This document shows positions 1-5,835 of a stretch of 15,564 nt of DNA, in pieces (within the stretch, counting starts at the first letter, position 1; each line of letters begins with the position of its first letter). Source of the stretch: Promethearchaeia archaeon. Its GTDB lineage: Archaea; Asgardarchaeota; Lokiarchaeia; Sigyniarchaeales; SOKP01. Where the stretch lies: assembly GCA_029856125.1 (NCBI GenBank), contig JAHQWJ010000137.1, positions 1 through 15,564 on the forward strand. The letters run 5' to 3'. The translations under genes and the position numbers were made by a program. The notes beneath the pieces were generated by a model, which ran no database searches, was not told the origin of the DNA, and saw only the letters and a program-made list of their open reading frames with translations.

Positions 1-2
1 AG

Positions 3-17
3 TGAAAATTTTATAAA
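3..17 (+). promoter_or_regulatory. Putative archaeal BRE + TATA box of the PadR-like gene
   Basis: TGAAAA followed by TTTTATAAA (9-17), about 85 nt upstream of ATG 102. GGAG Shine-Dalgarno-like motif at 91-94. Confidence 0.5.
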
Positions 18-22
18 TACTT

Positions 23-90
23 CATGATATGATCAATGATCACATTTAAATAGGGTAGTTGATATATGATCATATGATCAATAATCATAT
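23..90. promoter_or_regulatory. Cluster of TGATCA palindromes, putative operator
   Basis: TGATCA at 30-35, 37-42, 67-72 and 75-80. Perfect 14-bp palindrome TGATCATATGATCA (67-80). Imperfect 19-nt direct repeat at 27-45 and 72-90. Confidence 0.55.
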
Positions 91-101
91 GGAGAAAAAT
101 T

Positions 102-860
102 ATGGAAGAATTTAGAGATAAAGATCCAGAAAGATGTGATGATTACCCCAATTTTGCCCCATTCCATATCAGAGATATGCGTAGATTCTCACCTAATTTT
201 GTTAATTCGTATCGAGGTCCTCCAAACCCCAGATCACCAAGGAATAAACGCAGACACCCCCAACCTCCTCACTTTCATCCCTTTGGTCCACCTTTGCCAA
301 TGTCAAGAGATGAATTCAAGGAGATCAAGCATTTAATGATCTTAACACTATTGTCTGAAATTAATGAAGGTATTACAGGATATCAATTACAGGAGCAATA
401 TAAGTTACCTCGTGGAAGCATGATGAGAAGTTTAAATGAATTAGAAGAGAATAAATCGTTATCCACGATTCAAGATGTTGTTAAAGGACGCTCTCAGAAA
501 ATTTATACAATTACAGATAAAGGGAAAGAAAACTTGGAGAAACTTAAAGAGAAATGGGCTTATAATTTCTTAAGAATGACTGATATCGCACCTCCGGAAC
601 AATATGGCAATCCATTTGGAAGTGAAAGCTTTAAAAATCGTTTATTAAGAAATTTAGAGAATAGTAAAAACACTGAAGATGCCATAGACATTTTTAGGGG
701 ATATCGATCGAAATTTAAAAAAATGTACAATAGATTGCAAAATAGAATGGAAAAGTTGGACAAGACAAAATCATATCTGGATTCTATTATAACTGAAATT
801 GAAAAAATGGATCAATTTAATTTGACCAAAATAGAGGAAATGGTTAATAAATTTCCTTAA
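102..860 (+). CDS. PadR-family winged-helix transcriptional regulator with N-terminal low-complexity extension and C-terminal helical region
   Basis: ILTLLSE..GITGYQL..PRGSMMRSLNELEE..GRSQKIYTITDKGKENL matches the PadR pattern (tGYel...G..y..L..Le...r.k.Y.iT.kG). SD-like GGAG upstream. Confidence 0.85.
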   Translation: MEEFRDKDPERCDDYPNFAPFHIRDMRRFSPNFVNSYRGPPNPRSPRNKRRHPQPPHFHPFGPPLPMSRDEFKEIKHLMILTLLSEINEGITGYQLQEQYKLPRGSMMRSLNELEENKSLSTIQDVVKGRSQKIYTITDKGKENLEKLKEKWAYNFLRMTDIAPPEQYGNPFGSESFKNRLLRNLENSKNTEDAIDIFRGYRSKFKKMYNRLQNRMEKLDKTKSYLDSIITEIEKMDQFNLTKIEEMVNKFP

Positions 861-866
861 ATTAAC

Positions 867-876
867 TTTTTTTTTT
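867..876 (+). terminator. Oligo-T archaeal terminator after the PadR gene
   Basis: T10 run 6 nt after the stop codon. Confidence 0.55.
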
Positions 877-1056
877 ACATTTATGAAAAATCTATTCTAT
901 CAAGAAATTATTGATATCCGATTGTTTTCATTGTATAGAATTTAGTCAGACTTTCTTGAATTTTTAATCATTGTTAATAGTCCATATTACAATTAATAAA
1001 ATTAAATTAGCTCCAAGACTTTTGTTATTTAATAATCAGCTTAAAATCTACTTAAA

Positions 1057-2031
1057 ATGGCAGAATCTAAAGCCCTGATTTTTCAGATTCAAAAGATGTC
1101 CACTGAAGATGGACCCGGGATTAGAACAACGGTTTTTTTTAAACAATGTCCATTAAAATGTATATGGTGTCACAATCCCGAATCAATTCTAAAAAAGAAG
1201 CAGTTAGAGTGGTTTAGACATAAATGCATAGGATGTAAAATCTGCATTGAAACATGCCAGCAGGGAGCATTATCTCTAGACGAGGATGGAATGCATATCG
1301 ACAGAGATAAGTGCGATAGTTGCGGATTATGCTCAGAAGAATGCCCTAGTACCGCTTTACATATGTTTGGAGAATTATGGGATTTAGACGATTTATATTA
1401 CGAAATTCAAAAAGATAAAGTCTACTACACCCAATCTCATGGCGGTATTACTGTTTCAGGTGGCGAACCTACGCTTCAACCTGATTTTTTATTAGATTTT
1501 TTGAAGAAATGCAAAGAAAACGGGATTTCAACAGCATTAGACACGTGTGGATACGCTTCCAAGAATATATTTCAAAAAATATTGCCCTATGTTGACTTAA
1601 TACTTCTCGATATTAAAGAAATTAATTCTGAAAAGCATGAAAGACACACGGGAGTTCCAAATACCCTTATTTTAGAAAACGCAATTTGGATATCGGAGTA
1701 CGTAAAAAAAAATAATAAAGAACTTTGGATTCGAACTCCAATTATCCCAAATTATACTGCTACAGAAGAAAATATAAAAGTAATTGGAGACTTTATAGTT
1801 AACAAATTGCATAACATTCCCGAAAGATGGGACTTGCTGTCGTTTAATAACTTATGCACAACAAAATACGAAAGATTAGACATTGAGTGGTCTCTGAAAG
1901 ACATCCCTCTAATATCTTCAGACGAAATGGACAAACTTATTGAAATTGGTAAGAAAGTAGGTGTTAAGAATGTTCAATGGTCTGGATTAACGAAAAAAGA
2001 AGAAAATATTGAACCAGCTAAAGAAAATTAA
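1057..2031 (+). CDS. Glycyl-radical enzyme activating enzyme (radical SAM, PflA/CutD/HpdA-like) with ferredoxin-like insert
   Basis: STEDGPGIRTTVFFKQCPLKCIWCHNPES (CX3CX2C). Two CX2CX2CX3C motifs (CIGCKICIETC, CDSCGLCSEECP). GGITVSGGEP, LDTCG, LDIK, IRTPIIP. Confidence 0.93.
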   Translation: MAESKALIFQIQKMSTEDGPGIRTTVFFKQCPLKCIWCHNPESILKKKQLEWFRHKCIGCKICIETCQQGALSLDEDGMHIDRDKCDSCGLCSEECPSTALHMFGELWDLDDLYYEIQKDKVYYTQSHGGITVSGGEPTLQPDFLLDFLKKCKENGISTALDTCGYASKNIFQKILPYVDLILLDIKEINSEKHERHTGVPNTLILENAIWISEYVKKNNKELWIRTPIIPNYTATEENIKVIGDFIVNKLHNIPERWDLLSFNNLCTTKYERLDIEWSLKDIPLISSDEMDKLIEIGKKVGVKNVQWSGLTKKEENIEPAKEN

Positions 2032-2047
2032 TAGAAGATGATATAAT

Positions 2048-2932
2048 ATAGCGAAAAATAAAAATAAGATTAAATGGTCTTCAGAGATATCTGAAGAAGG
2101 AATAGAATTTACGCAGCCAGATATTATGTTAAAGTTAATATCTACTATAGACGATCGAGGCAGGCCCCATATAACTCTAATTTCAAGTAATCGGGCAATA
2201 AGTAAAGACAAAATAGTATGGGGGGCTTTTACTGAAGGTACGTCAAAAAAATATGTTAAAGAGAGACCCAAGCAAGGAATATTCTACATGACTGCTGCAA
2301 TGCCGTTTAAATTCCTTCAAGTTAAAGCAGATTTTAACCATATTACAAAGGAGGGTAAAGACTTAGAGCATTTTAACCAAACTCAGTTAATGCGCTATTT
2401 CACATATGTTAGAGTTCACACGGCGTATTACAATAATATTGTAGCAGCAACACCTGTAAGAGATTTGCCGTTATTTGGGATTGTGAAAGGAATTTTAAAA
2501 GATATAATCGGGAAAGGGGGTGCGAAGACTAAACTAAAGGAAAAAAGGTTGAATGTTATCGGACATAAATTATTTGCTACGCCTATAGCAGTTAGAGTAA
2601 TTTCTTACATAGACCCTACTGATGGTTATCCAACTATGATTCCTGCTATTCAACTTCAAGCTGCTGATCGTAATAGATTAGTGTTTCCTCCTTCAACATT
2701 GAAAGAAGACTTGTATCAAATTCCCGTTGATTCAAAAGTAGCCGTGTTTGGAATGAATTTTGATTTTTACAATCAAGTCGTAAAAGGGACTTTCACGGGT
2801 TTTAAGAAGTTTAGAGGCATTAAATTCGGTGTTATTGAAATAGAAGAAATCTACAATAGTACGCCTCCCATTACTCAAGTAATTTACCCTAAAATTGAAT
2901 CCGTTCCTAAGGTTACTGACTTTCACTTGTAA
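2048..2932 (+). CDS. Pyridoxamine-5'-phosphate-oxidase-like (FMN-binding split barrel) protein with two tandem barrel halves; start uncertain (ATA 2048 or ATG 2126)
   Basis: N-half LKLISTIDDRGRPHITLISS..WGAFTEGTSKKYVKERPK and C-half VRVISYIDPTDGYPTMIPAIQ..VAVFG..VKGTF..GVIEIEEIYN both resemble the split-barrel pattern. The frame is open upstream of ATG 2126 back to TGA 2039-2041. Confidence 0.7.
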   Translation: MAKNKNKIKWSSEISEEGIEFTQPDIMLKLISTIDDRGRPHITLISSNRAISKDKIVWGAFTEGTSKKYVKERPKQGIFYMTAAMPFKFLQVKADFNHITKEGKDLEHFNQTQLMRYFTYVRVHTAYYNNIVAATPVRDLPLFGIVKGILKDIIGKGGAKTKLKEKRLNVIGHKLFATPIAVRVISYIDPTDGYPTMIPAIQLQAADRNRLVFPPSTLKEDLYQIPVDSKVAVFGMNFDFYNQVVKGTFTGFKKFRGIKFGVIEIEEIYNSTPPITQVIYPKIESVPKVTDFHL

Positions 2933-3052
2933 TTATTTTTCATTTTCTTAATTTATTAAATAAAATTTTGAAAATTTTATTACTGATTTTGTTTTTTCTA
3001 AACTAAGTGAATAATTACTATTTATTCCTAATTTTAGGAGATTCATATTATT

Positions 3053-4585
3053 ATGAGCAAAAAAATGAATGTACTTTTTATTATCACGGATCAGCAGCGT
3101 GCTGATATGTTGGGTTGTTATGGCAATCAAATAATTAAAACTCCCAATTTAGATAGATTTGCTAAAGAAAATATAAGGTTTTCTAACGCTTACTGTGTGT
3201 GTCCTATGTGTATGCCTAATAGAGCCACGATGTTAACTGGATATTATCCTAATGTTCATGGCGTACGAAGTAATGGGATAAATTTACCAATAGATGTGCC
3301 GACAATAACTCAAACGCTTTTAAAAAGAGGGTATCATACCATTAATGTAGGTAAAACTCATTACAACACTTGGACGGTAAGATACGATCCAAAAACAAAA
3401 TCGGCAGAGGATTTCCAAGATTGGAGAACAAAAAACCCTAAAGGCGATTATCTAACACATGAGAACTTCCCACTCCCCTATTATGGGTTTGAGGAAGTCG
3501 ACTTAGTTGTTGGGCATGGAAACGCATGTATCGGACACTATCTCGAATGGATAGAAGAAAGAGATCCTAAGCTTGCGATAAAAATTGCAGATGAATATTC
3601 AAATAAAGTACCTTGTCTCGAAATTTTTTATGAAAGTTGGGTTCCTATAGAGCTTTATAATACCACTTACATTCAAAATAATACAATCTCTTTTTTAGAA
3701 CGATATTCTAAAGGAAAATATGGAGAAAAACCATTCTTTTTACACTGTTCTTTTCCTGACCCCCATCAACCAGTCTCACCACCTGGAAAGTATAGAGATA
3801 TGTATAAACCAGAGGACATGATACTTCCTAAGAATTTCCATAATATAAAGAACTTATATGAACACCCTTATTTAAAAGAGCATTTAGAACATCCTCCCGC
3901 TAAAGACGCGTTGTTACGAGAAGAAACAGAAGAAAATATAAGGAAGTTTATTGCTCTTAGCTATGGTTCTGTTTCTTTAATCGATCACGCTGTAGGTCAA
4001 ATTTTAGCTTCATTGGAGAAGTTCGGATTAACAGATAACACGATGGTGATTTTCACCTCAGATCACGGAGATTACTTGGGAGACCACAGTTTAATATTAA
4101 AAGGAATCTCTCCCTTTAACGGTACCCTGCAAGTCCCTTTAATTTGGCGGGTTCCTGGCGTTACTAAATCAGCAGTTTCTGATGCGTTAATAAGTTCAGT
4201 AGATCTACCTAAAACTATTCTTGAGTTACTTAATATTAAGGAAAAACATAGACCGCCTGGAATGCAAGGCTATGATATGACACCTGTTTTGAAGCATCCT
4301 ACAATTGAATTACGGGATTCCATTTTAATTACAGAAGACGAGGAAGTAGGTCCGAAAGGACCCTTATTCACGAGAATAATTCATTTGATCACTAAAGATT
4401 TTAAATTAACTAAATATGCGGAATTACCCGGATATGGAGACATTTTCGATCGAAATAACGACAAGGCTGAATTAAATAATTTATGGGAAAAGGATAAAGA
4501 GTTAAGACTAAAACTATTAGACAAGATGTTCCACGAATATTCCATGACTCGAAGCAGGTTTCCAAAAAGAGATTCAGGATTTTAA
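3053..4585 (+). CDS. Cys-type (formylglycine-dependent) sulfatase-family hydrolase
   Basis: NVLFIITDQQR metal site, C53-M-P-N-R (CxPxR) followed by ATMLTG, GKTH, SFPDPH, IFTSDHGDYLGDH..KG, VPLIWR. Confidence 0.93.
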   Translation: MSKKMNVLFIITDQQRADMLGCYGNQIIKTPNLDRFAKENIRFSNAYCVCPMCMPNRATMLTGYYPNVHGVRSNGINLPIDVPTITQTLLKRGYHTINVGKTHYNTWTVRYDPKTKSAEDFQDWRTKNPKGDYLTHENFPLPYYGFEEVDLVVGHGNACIGHYLEWIEERDPKLAIKIADEYSNKVPCLEIFYESWVPIELYNTTYIQNNTISFLERYSKGKYGEKPFFLHCSFPDPHQPVSPPGKYRDMYKPEDMILPKNFHNIKNLYEHPYLKEHLEHPPAKDALLREETEENIRKFIALSYGSVSLIDHAVGQILASLEKFGLTDNTMVIFTSDHGDYLGDHSLILKGISPFNGTLQVPLIWRVPGVTKSAVSDALISSVDLPKTILELLNIKEKHRPPGMQGYDMTPVLKHPTIELRDSILITEDEEVGPKGPLFTRIIHLITKDFKLTKYAELPGYGDIFDRNNDKAELNNLWEKDKELRLKLLDKMFHEYSMTRSRFPKRDSGF

Positions 4586-4588
4586 GAA

Positions 4589-5479
4589 ATGAAGTGGAAA
4601 ACGAAAATAACTCAGATTTTAGGAATAAAGTATCCCCTCGTAATGGGAGCTTTTGGAGGATGGGGTAAATCTGAGTTTGCATCTACTTTTTCAAACGCAG
4701 GAGGACTAGGGATTATTGCAGCGTTGAACTTTCCAAATCCGGAAGATTTCAGGAAAGATATACAAAAGATGAGAAAGTTAACTACAAAACCCTTTGGAAT
4801 TAATCTCTCGTTGCCGCATCATGTCTTAAATGATAACGAGGAAGGTAAAAAAACTAAAAAAAGGTATTTAGATTACGTCGATATCGCCATCAATGAAAAT
4901 TGTAGCATCTTTACAACTTCGGGATACAAAGCCTCTTTCATAGGAAAAAGAGTTCATGAAGCGGGAGGCTTGTGGTTCCACAAATGTGTTTTAATCAAGC
5001 ATGCTATTTCAGCGGAAGAAAAAGGTGCAGATGGAGTTACGTTAGTTGGTTTAGAAGGAACGGGGTTTAAAAATCCTCAAACAAACACTACGCTGGTAAA
5101 TATAACGCTAGCAAGAAAAATGCTCAAAATTCCGATCATTGCTGCTGGTGGGATTGGTGACGCAAGAGGATTTTTAAGCGCTCTGACAATGGGAGCTGAT
5201 GCGGTGTGTTTAGGTACAGCCTTAATGACCACTAGTGAGTGTCCCGTACCAGAAAGAATTAAGGAAAAATGGCTAAACTTAGATATATTTGACGAGCAAT
5301 TTCATAAGAAAATATACAACTATAATGTAAAGAATTTTATGGCACCTTCAACGGCAATAGGACACCTTAATGAAATAATCCCTATGAAAACCTTAATCGA
5401 GGAAATGATTAAAAAGGCAGAGATTATATTGCTTTCTTGGGGATTTGATAATAACGAAATCAATACGATTCGCCTTTAA
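4589..5479 (+). CDS. Nitronate monooxygenase / FabK-like FMN-dependent TIM-barrel oxidoreductase
   Basis: LGIKYPLVMG, SNAGGLGII, TTKPFGINL, IPIIAAGGIGDARG, LTMGADAVCLGT..TSEC. Starts 3 nt after the sulfatase stop, so probably co-transcribed. Confidence 0.88.
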   Translation: MKWKTKITQILGIKYPLVMGAFGGWGKSEFASTFSNAGGLGIIAALNFPNPEDFRKDIQKMRKLTTKPFGINLSLPHHVLNDNEEGKKTKKRYLDYVDIAINENCSIFTTSGYKASFIGKRVHEAGGLWFHKCVLIKHAISAEEKGADGVTLVGLEGTGFKNPQTNTTLVNITLARKMLKIPIIAAGGIGDARGFLSALTMGADAVCLGTALMTTSECPVPERIKEKWLNLDIFDEQFHKKIYNYNVKNFMAPSTAIGHLNEIIPMKTLIEEMIKKAEIILLSWGFDNNEINTIRL

Positions 5480-5511
5480 TATAGGATTAAATTATAGGTT
5501 GGTTAAAACCA

Positions 5512-5673
5512 ATGAAAAACGAAAAGAAAAAAGAAAAATCCAAGCTTGACGACGAAGAATTAGAGAAGATTTTCGAGTCAACATGGAAGAATTGGGAATC
5601 CCGTAGAAAATGTGAGCAGACTCATACACCAGAGTATATTAAAAGAAAAAATAAAAAGAATCACATTAAATAA
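5512..5673 (+). CDS. Small highly charged hypothetical protein (53 aa), absent from the ORF track
   Basis: ATG 5512 to TAA 5673: MKNEKKKEKSKLDDEELEKIFESTWKNWESRRKCEQTHTPEYIKRKNKKNHIK. Purine-rich coding-like composition, 32 nt after the NMO stop, followed by a T7 tract. Confidence 0.6.
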   Translation: MKNEKKKEKSKLDDEELEKIFESTWKNWESRRKCEQTHTPEYIKRKNKKNHIK

Positions 5674-5676
5674 CGG

Positions 5677-5683
5677 TTTTTTT
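5677..5683 (+). terminator. Oligo-T terminator after the small ORF
   Basis: T7 run 3 nt after TAA 5673, with further T-runs downstream. Confidence 0.45.
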
Positions 5684-5835
5684 AAATCTTTTTGAAATTT
5701 TGCTGTCCTTTCCCCATTTTTTTTATTAATTTGACAAAATTCAAAAAATTTATAGGAATTAGGCTAATAGATAGAATATAAATTATTCATAATAAAAAAT
5801 CTACAAAAAATTTTAACAATTTAAAGTGAAAAAAA

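Noticed and set aside
136-336. 66-aa alternative-frame ORF inside the PadR gene
   Set aside because: Fully overlaps a well-supported CDS and has no recognisable motif.
883-945. 20-codon ORF and short inverted repeats (e.g. TCAAGAAA/TTTCTTGA) between PadR and the activase
   Set aside because: Expected by chance in very AT-rich DNA. No SD and no coherent fold.
1057-2031. Radical SAM gene as an anaerobic sulfatase maturase (anSME)
   Set aside because: It has the DGPGIRT / CHNPES / ferredoxin-insert signature of GRE activases and no C-terminal SPASM Cys cluster.
2039-2041. In-frame TGA upstream of the split-barrel gene as a possible selenocysteine codon
   Set aside because: The sequence upstream of the TGA runs into the activase gene in another frame, with no plausible start or redox-motif context.
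560-4682. Short minus-strand ORFs (560-763, 1752-1934, 1987-2271, 2732-2926, 2948-3130, 4410-4682)
   Set aside because: Antisense shadows of confident plus-strand genes, with no family motifs.
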